Virus record (IMG/VR): IMGVR_UViG_3300048999_000191
Length of the DNA stretch: 64,000 nucleotides
Direction: 5' to 3' (one strand)
From: a virus
Below are positions 44,875-54,573 of the stretch, in pieces. Within the stretch, counting starts at the first letter, position 1. Each line of letters opens with the position of its first letter. The notes beneath the pieces were generated by a model. That model was not told where the DNA came from and did not search any database. It saw only the letters and a program-made list of their open reading frames with translations. The position numbers were made by a program, and so were the translations under genes.

Positions 44875-45602
44875 CAGTCGATCACCCCATCGCTCGGGAT
44901 CAACGGCGCCCGGATCTGTTCGAACTCCGGAAACTGTCGCGGGAAGTCGCTGTGCGTCGTCAGCAGGGTGTGCAGGCCGACCTTGCTGCTCGGCTCCAGC
45001 AGGTAGGCCACCGTGCCGGGTTCCTCCAGCCGGGCCTGCATCCGGGCATAGGTGATCGCCGCATCGGCCTGGGCCGGGTGGTCATAGCCCGAGCGCAGCG
45101 TGGTCCGGCGTGGCGCGGCGGGCAGCCGCCAGCGGGAGGCGTCGGCCCGGATGATGTAGTCGCCCTCGCGCATCCGGAAGTCCCAGGTGGATTCGACATT
45201 CACCGACTCGGGGTGCACGACGCCCTGCCGGTTGAGCTTCTCGTCCTCGTCGTTGTCGGCCCAGAGCGCGGGCCGGACAATGCGCGCCCGGTAGCCACCC
45301 TCGAAGGTGGTGCCGAAGCAGTCCGGGCAGCGGTTGATCGAGGGCTGCTGGTAGACCCGGGCCTTGCGATCGTCCAGGGATCCGCTGGCGCCGTAGCAGC
45401 GCGAGCAGCGGGTCACCAAACCTGCCTCGAAGTCGAGCAGCGACCACATCAGGTAGAAGATCGAGTACTCGCCGAGACTCCACAGCGCCTGATCATGCCG
45501 GTAGCGCTCCTGGTCGATCGCCCAGTTCTGCGGGGCGCGGACGTAGAAGCGCTCGCCGGTGGCCGCGCTCGGGGCAGGCGGCTGCGGGATCGGAAGGGGC
45601 AT
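44874..45602 (-). CDS. Head-tail connector/closure-like protein with Zn ribbon
   Basis: CSRCY...CPDCFGTTFEGGY; ATG 45602 after GAGGT. Confidence 0.6.
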   Translation of the reverse strand: MPLPIPQPPAPSAATGERFYVRAPQNWAIDQERYRHDQALWSLGEYSIFYLMWSLLDFEAGLVTRCSRCYGASGSLDDRKARVYQQPSINRCPDCFGTTFEGGYRARIVRPALWADNDEDEKLNRQGVVHPESVNVESTWDFRMREGDYIIRADASRWRLPAAPRRTTLRSGYDHPAQADAAITYARMQARLEEPGTVAYLLEPSSKVGLHTLLTTHSDFPRQFPEFEQIRAPLIPSDGVID

Positions 45603-45612
45603 CGAGCACCTC

Positions 45613-46266
45613 TCAGAAGTAGGCCATGAAGGCGCTCGTGACGTACGGGGAGGGACCGCCGGATACCGCCGTGTCCCGGTAGGTCGCAATCTCGGTATCG
45701 GTGGGCACATGCGAGAAGAAGCGCAGGTCGTCGATGGTGGGTCCAGTGTTAGACCACTCAGCCATGTTGATTCGGTCAGCGTTGATCGTGAGCTGAGTAC
45801 CTGCTGCAAAAGATTGGATGCCGGTTTGGACACCATCCAAAAGCATACGACAAGCTCCTGTTGAACGGAGATATGTCGCACAATAATGGTGGTAGGTGGC
45901 GGAGGGCGATGTTCCAGTAGGCCTGGCTAACAACGAGTCATCGGAAGCTCGGCGAGCTTGAACGCCCATTGTTCCATTGATGTTTACGACACCCCAGGTG
46001 CCAGAGTTGATCGCATCCTTTTCCCAGCGCACCCACCAATTGACGTAGTTGTTCTTTGCCCAGAACATCACGCACCGGTCGTCGGTCTGGGTGGCAGTCA
46101 GCAGGGAGCCCGGGAAGACCGGCATCGTGGCGCCGGTCTTGCCCAGGGCATTGCCGGTATGCCCGCCCGCGACAGATACGGCGTTGGCGCCGAAAGTCAG
46201 GGTCCGGCCGTTGCCGGAGAAGTCCGTCCCATCGACGTCGAAGCTGTAGGCACCCTCCAGCGACAT
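45613..46266 (-). CDS. LamG/concanavalin-A-like virion protein
   Basis: AYSFD...DFSGNG, MFWAK, HHYCATY, LLDGV, IDDLRFF. Confidence 0.72.
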   Translation of the reverse strand: MSLEGAYSFDVDGTDFSGNGRTLTFGANAVSVAGGHTGNALGKTGATMPVFPGSLLTATQTDDRCVMFWAKNNYVNWWVRWEKDAINSGTWGVVNINGTMGVQARRASDDSLLARPTGTSPSATYHHYCATYLRSTGACRMLLDGVQTGIQSFAAGTQLTINADRINMAEWSNTGPTIDDLRFFSHVPTDTEIATYRDTAVSGGPSPYVTSAFMAYF

Positions 46267-46269
46267 TGA

Positions 46270-46551
46270 TCACCCCACCTTGAGTAGGGTGAAGTGCCAT
46301 TGGATGTGGTCAGTAAAGGACGTACTTGCGATGCTGCCGAAAAATACCCCAGTATCCAAAATGTAGGCATCCCGCAATGTAAAACCGCTATTTACTTGAT
46401 TGCCATCGAATTGGCTAGTGAACCCCCAATTGAGGATTACCCAGCCTTCGGGCGGCGAGTAGTTGCAGTAGTTGTCGCCGCCAATAGCAGTAGGCTCGGT
46501 GACCGTGACATGATCCAGCTCGAAAGAGACTGAAATTGGGAGCGAAGGCAT
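46270..46551 (-). CDS. Small low-GC hypothetical protein
   Basis: TAATG coupling; AT-rich codons. Confidence 0.55.
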   Translation of the reverse strand: MPSLPISVSFELDHVTVTEPTAIGGDNYCNYSPPEGWVILNWGFTSQFDGNQVNSGFTLRDAYILDTGVFFGSIASTSFTDHIQWHFTLLKVG

Positions 46552-46952
46552 TAGTACCCCTTTACGAAAGCGGTCACGTAGAACTTGTCCGTCGCGGAGT
46601 TGTAGAAGGCGCCCAGGAAGTCGCGCTTGCTGGCCGTCGTCGTGAGGGTCACCGCCGTCAGGTCGGTGCCCAGCACGAACTTGGTGTCAAGGGTGATCGT
46701 CCGGCTACCCGTGGCGTCCTGGATCAACTCCCAGAGGATGCGCTGGCCATCGACCGCGTTGGTGGGGTTGCCCAGCGTCCGGTTGCCGCCCAGGGTCACC
46801 CGGTAGTGGTTGCCCAGCGCGGCGTTGGTGGCCACCGTGGCTGCGTCCGTCAGGGTGACCGGTGCGAACTGGACTCCGGGCGCGACGACATCGCCAGAGG
46901 GCATCTCCTGGATGGTCCCGCTGACGGTGACGAGTGGACGCCGTGCTGTCAT
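46551..46952 (-). CDS. Virion structural protein (fibre-like)
   Basis: VTLGGNRTLGNPTN...LIQDATGSRTI. Confidence 0.65.
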   Translation of the reverse strand: MTARRPLVTVSGTIQEMPSGDVVAPGVQFAPVTLTDAATVATNAALGNHYRVTLGGNRTLGNPTNAVDGQRILWELIQDATGSRTITLDTKFVLGTDLTAVTLTTTASKRDFLGAFYNSATDKFYVTAFVKGY

Positions 46953-47458
46953 CAGGCCAGGACGACCGGCGGAAGCGACTGGAAGTTGATCGCGGTGGCC
47001 GAGGTGGCGAAGCCGACCCGCTGAACGACCTGACCAGTACCGGACGGTGCCGTGCCGGTGGCCGCGCCCGGGGTCGCTGCTGACAGGTAGACGACGCCGG
47101 GCGTCTGGCCCGTCACCTGCGTATCGGTGCCCTCGAAGTAGACCGTGGCGGCGGCGGCGTTGGACACGGCCGCGAGCACGAAACCGTGGGCCTCCTTGCC
47201 CGCCGTGGATGCATCGGCCTTGCGCACCTTGGCGCCCGTGCTGTTCCAGACGTTGACCAGGTCTCCGGCGGCCAGCGCCTCGGAAGCGGTGATCGTCGCG
47301 GTGTCGGCGCCGATGCCGACCGGCATCATCGAGTTGTCGATCCGGCCGGTCGCGTCGAGTGCAGGAATTTTGCCAGTGTCGCCCGCGCCCGCCGAGGTGA
47401 CGATGGCCGCCTTCTCGGTGATCGTCCCCGCGTTGTTGTAGAGGTACTTGTCCGCCAT
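46952..47458 (-). CDS. Virion decoration/fibre protein
   Basis: ASEALAAGDLVNV...KADA...AHGFV...VYLS...G.VVQRVG. Confidence 0.65.
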   Translation of the reverse strand: MADKYLYNNAGTITEKAAIVTSAGAGDTGKIPALDATGRIDNSMMPVGIGADTATITASEALAAGDLVNVWNSTGAKVRKADASTAGKEAHGFVLAAVSNAAAATVYFEGTDTQVTGQTPGVVYLSAATPGAATGTAPSGTGQVVQRVGFATSATAINFQSLPPVVLA

Positions 47459-47468
47459 GGTCGTCTCC

Positions 47469-48146
47469 TTAAATGATCTTGATCGATGGGCTGCGGTCGA
47501 CGAACAGGGATATCGGGCTGGTAGCCATGCCCACCTGCGCGAGGAACACCGCCCCCGGAGCGGCCGGGGGAGTCTGGGTCAGCACGCCGTTGGTGCCGAG
47601 GTACACGGGCTGGCTGGGTGTCCAGGTCCAGGTCGGCTCGATCATGGAGCCGAACATCAGCGCTTCTACCTCAGAGCCCTGACTTGCCGCGCTGGCCGTG
47701 ACCCACAGCGGCGCGTTGACGTCGCCGACGTCGTCGTTGCTGGCGTAGTCCAGCAAGCCGTCCGGAGCCGGGGTCACCACGCGGTGGCCTGACAGCGCGG
47801 ATGCCGCCACGCCGGTGGCCCACAGCTGCCGGGCGGTTCCGCCGACGCCGCTGTTCTCCAGCAGCGACGAGGCCTGCGCGTCCAAGGGGTACGCGGTGCC
47901 GCCCTGGATGCCCGTCCAGAGCCGCGTGACGGCGTCCGGGCCCAGGAACTCCGGCAAGAGCCCATGGGCGGTGTACAGCGTGCTCAGGGCGATTGCCTGA
48001 CCCTCGGGGGTGGTGATGTCGGCCGGAGTCGTCAGCGCCTGGTCGGCGTAGACCACCACGGCCGTGCGCGGCGGCGTCAAGATCGGGGCCAGGTCATCGC
48101 CATAGAGGTAGGTCGCCCGGTCCTGGGGGAATCGGTATCGAGTCAC
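47469..48146 (-). CDS. Virion decoration-like protein
   Basis: ALSGHRVV...WTW...PVYLGTNGVLTQTPP. Confidence 0.6.
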   Translation of the reverse strand: MTRYRFPQDRATYLYGDDLAPILTPPRTAVVVYADQALTTPADITTPEGQAIALSTLYTAHGLLPEFLGPDAVTRLWTGIQGGTAYPLDAQASSLLENSGVGGTARQLWATGVAASALSGHRVVTPAPDGLLDYASNDDVGDVNAPLWVTASAASQGSEVEALMFGSMIEPTWTWTPSQPVYLGTNGVLTQTPPAAPGAVFLAQVGMATSPISLFVDRSPSIKII

Positions 48147-48154
48147 CGGTCACC

Positions 48155-49024
48155 TCAGTACAGTCCGGGCCGGTAGAAGCGCGGCCGCCCTCGGGTGCCC
48201 ATGTACCGCGTCCCTGCCGGAGAGCGGCCGTACGCGCCGCCGGACACGAGGATGGCCGGGCGGCCCAGGCCCATGGAGCGGATCTTGAAGACGTCGAGCT
48301 GCTCCTTCAGCTGCTGCTGCTCGTCGGAGAGCACCTGGCTCCAGCGGTCCATGTAGTCCCGTCGCTCATGCCGGGTGACCTCGCCGCCCATCAGCAGCGG
48401 CTGCTCGACGTAGGAGCGCCGCAGGTGCTTGAGGATCTCGACGTAGAGCGCCTGTTCCAGCAAGGCGCCCCACTGGGTCAGCGGGAAGGCCGCGCCGCCG
48501 TCGCCGTCGAGGGTGTAGGTCTGGTACGGCTGGGCGGCGGTGTTCAGCCGCCCGACGGCGAAGCGCAACAGCTGCGCGATCCGGCCTCGATTGAAATGGC
48601 TCTGGGCGTACACCTGGAGGTTCGGCCCGCCCAGTGGCGAGTCGAACAGGTCCTCGAAGCGGTTCCAGCCCTGCTCGACGACGCCCTTCATGCCGTCGGA
48701 GAGCGCCGCGTAATCCGGGCTGAACTCGCCGACCTGGACATGGGTCGTGTAGCTCTCGCCGGTGCCGTCGAGCGTGTAGGACCAGGTGAGCGCGAAGGGG
48801 CCGATGGCCGCCGTCTCATCCGAGGTCAACTGGATCTCGTAGGCGCCCACGTCGGCGCGGGTGGCCGCCCGGTTGGTGAAGACCGGGGCACTGGTGTCCT
48901 CGCTCTTCATGGTCACCCGGACCAGGTTCGAATCGGGGTCGCCGATCTGCCCGCGCACGTAGACGTGCATGCCCAGCACGGAGGGGTCGTACTGATTGAT
49001 CCAGATCCTGTCGGACAGGGTCAC
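48155..49024 (-). CDS. Head-tail adaptor-like protein
   Basis: FDSPLGGPNL, LRRSYVEQP, RRDYMDRW; position after capsid. Confidence 0.6.
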   Translation of the reverse strand: MTLSDRIWINQYDPSVLGMHVYVRGQIGDPDSNLVRVTMKSEDTSAPVFTNRAATRADVGAYEIQLTSDETAAIGPFALTWSYTLDGTGESYTTHVQVGEFSPDYAALSDGMKGVVEQGWNRFEDLFDSPLGGPNLQVYAQSHFNRGRIAQLLRFAVGRLNTAAQPYQTYTLDGDGGAAFPLTQWGALLEQALYVEILKHLRRSYVEQPLLMGGEVTRHERRDYMDRWSQVLSDEQQQLKEQLDVFKIRSMGLGRPAILVSGGAYGRSPAGTRYMGTRGRPRFYRPGLY

Positions 49025-49034
49025 CAGCTCCTCC

Positions 49035-49724
49035 TCACAGCTCGAAGACGTCCATGGAAGTGCCGATGATGAAGCAGGTGCCGCCGCCCTGCTGCGAGCC
49101 GACGACGGCCGGGTCCTGGCAGCGCAGCTTCACCTGGAAGTTCACGTTCTGCTGAGCGCCCGGCGCTCCGTAGATGTAGCCGTGCATCTGCGACTGGGGC
49201 GGGTAGGGCAGAGACGCGGAGTAGGCGGGGCCGAAGCTGTTGCCGTTGAACCGCGCCTCCTGCACGCTCGACGAGTTCGCGAGCAGGTTGATCGTGGCAA
49301 AGCGCGCCGAGTCGTTGCCGATGAAGGTCCACCGGTAGAGAACCAGGACCGGGCGTCCGCCGGGGATGAGGGTGTTGACGTTGACGATCGTCGGTGCGGT
49401 GTTGACGCTGATCGCCGTCGTGTTCACCTGAGCCGCGTTGCCCGCGCCGCCGAGCCAGCCCTTCGTGCCGGAGCGCTGCCAGGATCCGGCCACATTGGAC
49501 ACCGGCTGGGTCCAGACCCACATGATGTTCGAGTCGGCCTGCCAGTACATCCGGCCGTGCTGAGCGGAGCCCAGGTTGCTCGGCCGGGCCGCCTGGTTCG
49601 CGACCACCTCGACACCCGGGTGCTGGTCCAGGATCCCGAAGGTCTGGGCGAAATCGTCTGGAGTGAACGAGTCGGATAGCACCGGCGACATCAGGCCGAG
49701 GTTCGGGGTCTTGCTCGCGGTCAT
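49035..49724 (-). CDS. Virion structural protein
   Basis: KTPNLGL N-terminus, beta-rich. Confidence 0.55.
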   Translation of the reverse strand: MTASKTPNLGLMSPVLSDSFTPDDFAQTFGILDQHPGVEVVANQAARPSNLGSAQHGRMYWQADSNIMWVWTQPVSNVAGSWQRSGTKGWLGGAGNAAQVNTTAISVNTAPTIVNVNTLIPGGRPVLVLYRWTFIGNDSARFATINLLANSSSVQEARFNGNSFGPAYSASLPYPPQSQMHGYIYGAPGAQQNVNFQVKLRCQDPAVVGSQQGGGTCFIIGTSMDVFEL

Positions 49725-49814
49725 CTCTACCTCATGCGCTCATGGGGTTGAACAGGGCGAGGAGGGGGCCGGGCGGGGAAGGGAACCCACCCGGCCTGCC
49801 TCGGGGCGGAGGCC

Positions 49815-50351
49815 CTACTTCGTCTCGGTCTTCTTCGCGGTGGTGCTCGTCGAAGTCGACTTCGCCGGGGTCTTGGCCGCCGTGCTGGTGCTGCTCGTGG
49901 TGGATTTGGCCGTGGTGGCCTCGCCCTTGCTGTCGCCGTCGTCTTCCGTGGGAACGACACCCTGGCCGTACGGGCCGCCCATGCCATCGGCGTAGGTGCC
50001 CGCCGGGCGGCGTTCCGCTTCCTCGTCCGGGATCTGCTCGGCCAGCTTGCGCACGTGCTCGCGCTGCCGGTCGGCCTCGTCGTGGTCGTCGGAGAACACG
50101 ACGTTGTCCGGCGCGTAGTCCTCGTCGGCGGCGAGCGCGGCCGCGCGGACGGCGTGCTGACGGGCCTCCTCGAAGACCGAGGAGATGCGGTGGATGTCCA
50201 CCGGACCGCCGCCGGTCGTGTCGAGGTGCTCAGTCTGGAACTGCGGGTTCAGCCGCAGGCCCTCACGCCGCAACGCGTCCTGCGGGTGCTCTTCGTCGGT
50301 GGCCGGGTCCTCGGTGGTTTCCGGCTTGCTTTCGGACTTCTCGGTCGGCAT
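49815..50351 (-). CDS. Hypothetical protein with acidic body and K/T/S-rich tail
   Basis: AAGGAG RBS; low-complexity C-terminus. Confidence 0.6.
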   Translation of the reverse strand: MPTEKSESKPETTEDPATDEEHPQDALRREGLRLNPQFQTEHLDTTGGGPVDIHRISSVFEEARQHAVRAAALAADEDYAPDNVVFSDDHDEADRQREHVRKLAEQIPDEEAERRPAGTYADGMGGPYGQGVVPTEDDGDSKGEATTAKSTTSSTSTAAKTPAKSTSTSTTAKKTETK

Positions 50352-50415
50352 TCCCTGCTCCTTTGCTGATGATCTTCCCGAGGTCCGAGGCCCCGAGCTT
50401 TGTGAGGACGGGAGG

Positions 50416-50880
50416 TCAGATCCCGTTGCGGACGAGGGAGACGCGCATCGTCTTCATGCGCGGGGTCGCGGTCTCGTCACCGGTGTCCACGCCGACCTCG
50501 ACCTCGACCGACTTGGGCAGCTCGCCGGGGCCGACCTTGGGCTTCGACTGCTCGAACTCCTGGGGGACCGTGCCCGCTTCGGCAGGCAGCTGGCCGAGGC
50601 TCGCGAGGTTGATGCCAGCGCGCTGGCCCTGCTGGCGCTGCCAGGCGGCCTTGGTCTTGTCGAGCAGGGCCTGGATCTCTTCCTCGGCTTCGACCACCTC
50701 GAAGATGCCGAGCATCCGGGCCCGCTGGAAGTTGTGGTTGTCCACCAGGGTGGAGGGCACCGGCAGCACGTCGGCGCCCATCGGATTGCCCAGGCCCTCC
50801 CACTGGAGGAACTCGAAGCCCTCCTCGTCCAGAACGGTGGGGCCGGGCTGGTTGTTGCGCACGAACATGGTGCTGGTCAT
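50416..50880 (-). CDS. Hypothetical head-region protein
   Basis: AAGGAG RBS; VRNNQPGPTV. Confidence 0.65.
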   Translation of the reverse strand: MTSTMFVRNNQPGPTVLDEEGFEFLQWEGLGNPMGADVLPVPSTLVDNHNFQRARMLGIFEVVEAEEEIQALLDKTKAAWQRQQGQRAGINLASLGQLPAEAGTVPQEFEQSKPKVGPGELPKSVEVEVGVDTGDETATPRMKTMRVSLVRNGI

Positions 50881-50911
50881 CGGGTGCTCCTTCGTCTGGT
50901 TCCCTTCGCGA

Positions 50912-50940
50912 ATTGGCAGCGCACCTGCGACCGTCGACAG
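50912..50940 (-). promoter_or_regulatory. Putative late promoter motif
   Basis: CTGTC-N19-CCAAT-TCGC-GA. Confidence 0.65.
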
Positions 50941-50982
50941 GCGAAAGCCCCGGTCTCCACGTGGGGAAACCGGGGCTTTCGC
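50941..50982 (-). terminator. Terminator after major capsid gene
   Basis: gcgaaagccccggt / accggggctttcgc stem. Confidence 0.8.
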
Positions 50983-50999
50983 TCTGCTGATCAGGTCGG

Positions 51000-52040
51000 T
51001 CAGGGAGCTGCGGGGACCGTGATCGGTGCATTGGAGACAGTCTTCGTAATGGTGGCGAGCCCGCGCGGGTTCAGGATGGCCATGCAGACCATCTCGTCGA
51101 ACACCCAGCCCTTCCAGAACGACTCGACCTGGTGGTTCTCCTCGACGTCGAGCGAGTAGAGCACCGGGAAGACACCCAGGAAGTTCGGCTCCGGGGTCAG
51201 GAAGATCGTGCCCTGCGGGACGATGATCGACCGCTGGATCTGGAACTCGCCGAAGCTGGTGATCGACTCACCGGCGACGACGCGGTCCTTGAAGGCCCAG
51301 CCGGTGTCGTTGATCGTCCACTTGTACAGGTCCCGGTAGTCCATCGGGTTGACCAGCAGGCGCGAGGACTGAAGCTCGTGCATGTCGGTCTGAGAGACCG
51401 CCGCGTAGAGCGCCGCCGGGGTGAACTGCGTGCCCGCCTGGGTCACCCGGTGGTCCGGGGTAACCACGTGGTCGGCGCGGTTCGCGTAGTCGTTCACCGC
51501 CGCCTGGAGGATGAGCATGAGCCGCGCATCCTCCTGCTTGAGGATGCTCTGCTTCGTCTCGTCCTGAGCCTGCTCGACTGCGTTGATCCGCAGGTAGACC
51601 AGGTCTTCCTTGCGGATCGCCGGGAACGAGGCGATCCGGTAGAACCGGATCGGCACGCGCTTGCCCTCGAAGGCGTTGATGCGGACTTCGCCTTCGTGAC
51701 CGGACATGATGTACGCCTGGCCCAGGTCGTCCCACACGTCGTATTCGACGGGGGTGCCCGGGGTGACCGGGTCCTCCATCAGGACGTTGCGGGTGATGCC
51801 CTGGTAGCGGAGCTTCAGCTGGATCGGGCCGACCATGCCGACGCCGAGGCGCCGGATGCCGTTGGTGCCGTCCTGGAGGATCAGGGCCAGCTTCTCGGTC
51901 TTCGCCTTGAAGGTGAGCTTGCCCTGCTTCTCCTGGCGCTCGATCAGCTTGGCCACGTAGTCGTCGGACTTGGTCGGCGCGGCCTGCTTCCTCAGGCCGT
52001 TCGCCTCCAGACCCGGCGTCTGGACGAGAGCTGCGGTCAT
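51000..52040 (-). CDS. Major capsid protein (HK97 fold, Bxz1-like)
   Basis: GPIQLKLRYQGITRNVL, FEGKRV, RIASFP, GWVFDE; resembles my recollection of cluster C capsids; strong RBS and terminator. Confidence 0.88.
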   Translation of the reverse strand: MTAALVQTPGLEANGLRKQAAPTKSDDYVAKLIERQEKQGKLTFKAKTEKLALILQDGTNGIRRLGVGMVGPIQLKLRYQGITRNVLMEDPVTPGTPVEYDVWDDLGQAYIMSGHEGEVRINAFEGKRVPIRFYRIASFPAIRKEDLVYLRINAVEQAQDETKQSILKQEDARLMLILQAAVNDYANRADHVVTPDHRVTQAGTQFTPAALYAAVSQTDMHELQSSRLLVNPMDYRDLYKWTINDTGWAFKDRVVAGESITSFGEFQIQRSIIVPQGTIFLTPEPNFLGVFPVLYSLDVEENHQVESFWKGWVFDEMVCMAILNPRGLATITKTVSNAPITVPAAP

Positions 52041-52070
52041 CGTTCTGTTCCTTCCTTTGCTCTCGCCAGA

Positions 52071-52631
52071 TCAGGCGACGTCGCTGGCCCAGTTGGGGTC
52101 GAGCCCGCCGATGACGATCTTGGATGCGCTGCTCACCTTCAGCAAACGCGCCACAGGCTTCGCGGTGATGGTCGTGCCGATGGTGCCTGCCCCGACGGGG
52201 CAGAGCTGACCCCGCTTCGCGGTCGTGGTGTACGCGTACACCAGCGCCGGGAATCCGGTGCCCGGGTCGAGCCAGGTGGCCGTGGAATCGAAAGCCGGGG
52301 CCGCGACCTCGAACTCGGAGTCCGGGCCCAGGACCCAGACGGCGCACGGGTTCGGGCCGCCCTGGTTGGTGATCTCGGACTCGATGCCCGGGACACCCTC
52401 CATGAACGCCGCGAGGCCGTAGGGCGTGAGCGGGCCGGTGGTGCCGTCGCCGACGAGCGTGACCGCGTCACCGATGGTCTTCGCCATCGCCATGCCCGCG
52501 TAGATCGGCACGGCCGGGGCCGCGATCCACGCCGGGTCCAGGAACACGGCCTTGGGGGTGCTCTGGGAGAACGCGTACAGCGGCTTCAGCGTGCGCTTGG
52601 CCCAGGAGTTGGCCAGCGTGGTCCTCAGCAT
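52071..52631 (-). CDS. Capsid decoration/cement protein
   Basis: KRTLKPLYA..QSTP..FLDP; directly upstream of capsid. Confidence 0.6.
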   Translation of the reverse strand: MLRTTLANSWAKRTLKPLYAFSQSTPKAVFLDPAWIAAPAVPIYAGMAMAKTIGDAVTLVGDGTTGPLTPYGLAAFMEGVPGIESEITNQGGPNPCAVWVLGPDSEFEVAAPAFDSTATWLDPGTGFPALVYAYTTTAKRGQLCPVGAGTIGTTITAKPVARLLKVSSASKIVIGGLDPNWASDVA

Positions 52632-52708
52632 GTGTCTTTCCCTCCTCCAGCAAGAGGTTCTTTTGGTGGAGGGCTCCCCGCCGCCGGGTTGCGTCCCTCT
52701 CTTCACAC

Positions 52709-52739
52709 ATTGGCGGTGCTCCGCCGAGCGGTTGAACAG
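52709..52739 (-). promoter_or_regulatory. Putative late promoter motif (variant spacing)
   Basis: CTGTT-N21-CCAAT-GTGT-GA. Confidence 0.5.
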
Positions 52740-52751
52740 GCGTATGGCACG

Positions 52752-52790
52752 AGAAAGGCCCTGAACTCAGGGGGAGTTCAGGGCCTTTCT
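52752..52790 (-). terminator. Terminator after scaffold-like gene
   Basis: agaaaggccctgaactc / gagttcagggcctttct stem. Confidence 0.8.
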
Positions 52791-52805
52791 GGCGAGCCTA
52801 CTCGG

Positions 52806-53753
52806 TCACATGAAGAGGCCTTCGGCGTCATCGTCGACCGCCGCAGCCGAGCCGCCGCCCACCATCGACGGGGCCTGGCGGCCGGACGCCGACTTCGGCA
52901 CGAGGCGCTGGTTGCGCGCGGCGTCGGAGCCCGCCTGCTTCTTCACGACTGCGTCCAGCGTGGCGATCTGGCTCTCGATTTCCTCGATCGAGATGCGCGC
53001 GTCCTTCTCGATCTTCCCGGCGATCTCGAAGTCCGGCGACACCGCGCCCTCGCTCGCCGTGGCGATGCCCGCCCGCATCTGGAGCCTGGCCAGCCGGATG
53101 CACGCCATGGTGCGCAGCGCCGAGTCGTCGGCGATCTCCTGGGCCGACTTCTGCACCGATCCGGTCGTCCGCTGCGGCTGCATCCACGGCTGGGTCGGGA
53201 AGGCCCGCTGCGGGTTCATCGGGTCGCCCACGCGGACATCGGTCTCGGTCTTGGTCTCATTCAGCGGCCGCTGCGTCTGGGTGCCGTCGACCGGCTGCGT
53301 GACATCGACCAGCTGGTGCACTGCCGGAGCGGGGATATCCTCGCCCGGAGTGTAGTTCGTGGTCGTCCCGTCGGCCGCCACGTCCTGGGTCGAGCCCGGC
53401 ACCAGGCCCGGCGCCTGCACGTCGGCGAAGGCCTCCGGGGTGTTGACCTCCTGCGTGGTCTGCGTCGGCGGACCGGCGGGCGGCTCGGGGATCGGCTGGG
53501 CCGGGTTCTGCACGTCGGCCTGCACGAGCTTCAGCCCCATCGCGCTGGCCACCCGAGGTTCGATGCCCGCGTACCGCGACAGGTACTGGAGACCGGCCGT
53601 CAGCCGGGCGATCTGGCCCTGCTGGTCCCTCACGATCTGAAGGACGCTCGCCAGGCTGTCGTTCGTCGCCGAGGCCTGCTTACGGTGAGTGGCCTCGATG
53701 CTCTCGATGAGCTTCTGCTGATCGGCCAGTGCGGCCAGTGCGGTGCGGGTCAT
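52806..53753 (-). CDS. Scaffolding-like protein
   Basis: Coiled-coil ends with a P/T/Q-rich middle; C-terminal DDDAEGLFM; upstream of capsid. Confidence 0.55.
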   Translation of the reverse strand: MTRTALAALADQQKLIESIEATHRKQASATNDSLASVLQIVRDQQGQIARLTAGLQYLSRYAGIEPRVASAMGLKLVQADVQNPAQPIPEPPAGPPTQTTQEVNTPEAFADVQAPGLVPGSTQDVAADGTTTNYTPGEDIPAPAVHQLVDVTQPVDGTQTQRPLNETKTETDVRVGDPMNPQRAFPTQPWMQPQRTTGSVQKSAQEIADDSALRTMACIRLARLQMRAGIATASEGAVSPDFEIAGKIEKDARISIEEIESQIATLDAVVKKQAGSDAARNQRLVPKSASGRQAPSMVGGGSAAAVDDDAEGLFM

Positions 53754-53841
53754 GACCTACTCTTTTCCTTCGATCACTGGGTAGTGCGCTCGTAGTGCTG
53801 CCGCCTGTACTCGCGCTGGCAAGCCCGGCAGGCTCGGGGTT

Positions 53842-54573
53842 CTACTGCTTGGGTTTGGGCTTGCGCTTGAAGACAGGCTGATCGTCTTCGTCGTCGGCCT
53901 CGTCTTCGTCGTCCTCGGGGCCGTCGGAGGACTTCACCGCCACGCCGGGCGGCTCCTCTTCGTCTTCGTCTTCCTCGTCGTCCGGGATGCCGTCCTCGTC
54001 CTCGTCGGCGTCCGGATCCGCGCCACCGAACGGGGTACTCTCGCCCTCGGCGTCCGGATCCTCCTCGGGGTCGATCACGCCTTCCTGGGCGTCCTCGTCG
54101 GCCATGGTGTCCTGGGCCACGAGGGTGCCGTTCTCGCACGCCGGGCAGATGTCGCCCTCGGTGGCCCCCTCACCTTCTTCGGTCTCCTCGGCAGAGACGT
54201 CCGGCGCGGCCTCGTCGGTGTCGACGGTCTCCGGCGGCTCCTGCGGGAACTCGGTGCCACAGTTGTTGCAGATGAGGGTGCCGCCCTCTTCCTGCTCGGC
54301 CATCCGGTCAGGGTCGGCCATCATCGACTGGTCGAACTGGTCCTGCTGGTGACGCAGGTCGATCCGGCTGGCCATGCCCAGGTCCGGGTCCTTGAACGGG
54401 CTCGGCGGCGCGACGTACCCGCAGATCGAGCAGCGGTGGCCGTCGTAGGCGTTGTCCTCGCCGCAGATCGGGCAGTTCTCGTCCCGGAGGGTGTCCACCT
54501 TCGGCGGAGCGATCGTCTCGCCGTAGGCGAGGTGGGGGACCCCGTTACGGGGCCGCTCGAAAGCTGGCACCAC
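53842..54573 (-). CDS. Zn-ribbon protein with very acidic C-terminus
   Basis: Four CxxC pairs; D/E-rich tail; start uncertain (GTG 54573 or 54570). Confidence 0.65.
   Translation of the reverse strand: MVPAFERPRNGVPHLAYGETIAPPKVDTLRDENCPICGEDNAYDGHRCSICGYVAPPSPFKDPDLGMASRIDLRHQQDQFDQSMMADPDRMAEQEEGGTLICNNCGTEFPQEPPETVDTDEAAPDVSAEETEEGEGATEGDICPACENGTLVAQDTMADEDAQEGVIDPEEDPDAEGESTPFGGADPDADEDEDGIPDDEEDEDEEEPPGVAVKSSDGPEDDEDEADDEDDQPVFKRKPKPKQ

Noticed and set aside
19760-45602. Extracellular contractile injection system / tailocin interpretation
   Set aside because: Capsid, protease-like, scaffold-like and replisome genes are contiguous, so this is a phage
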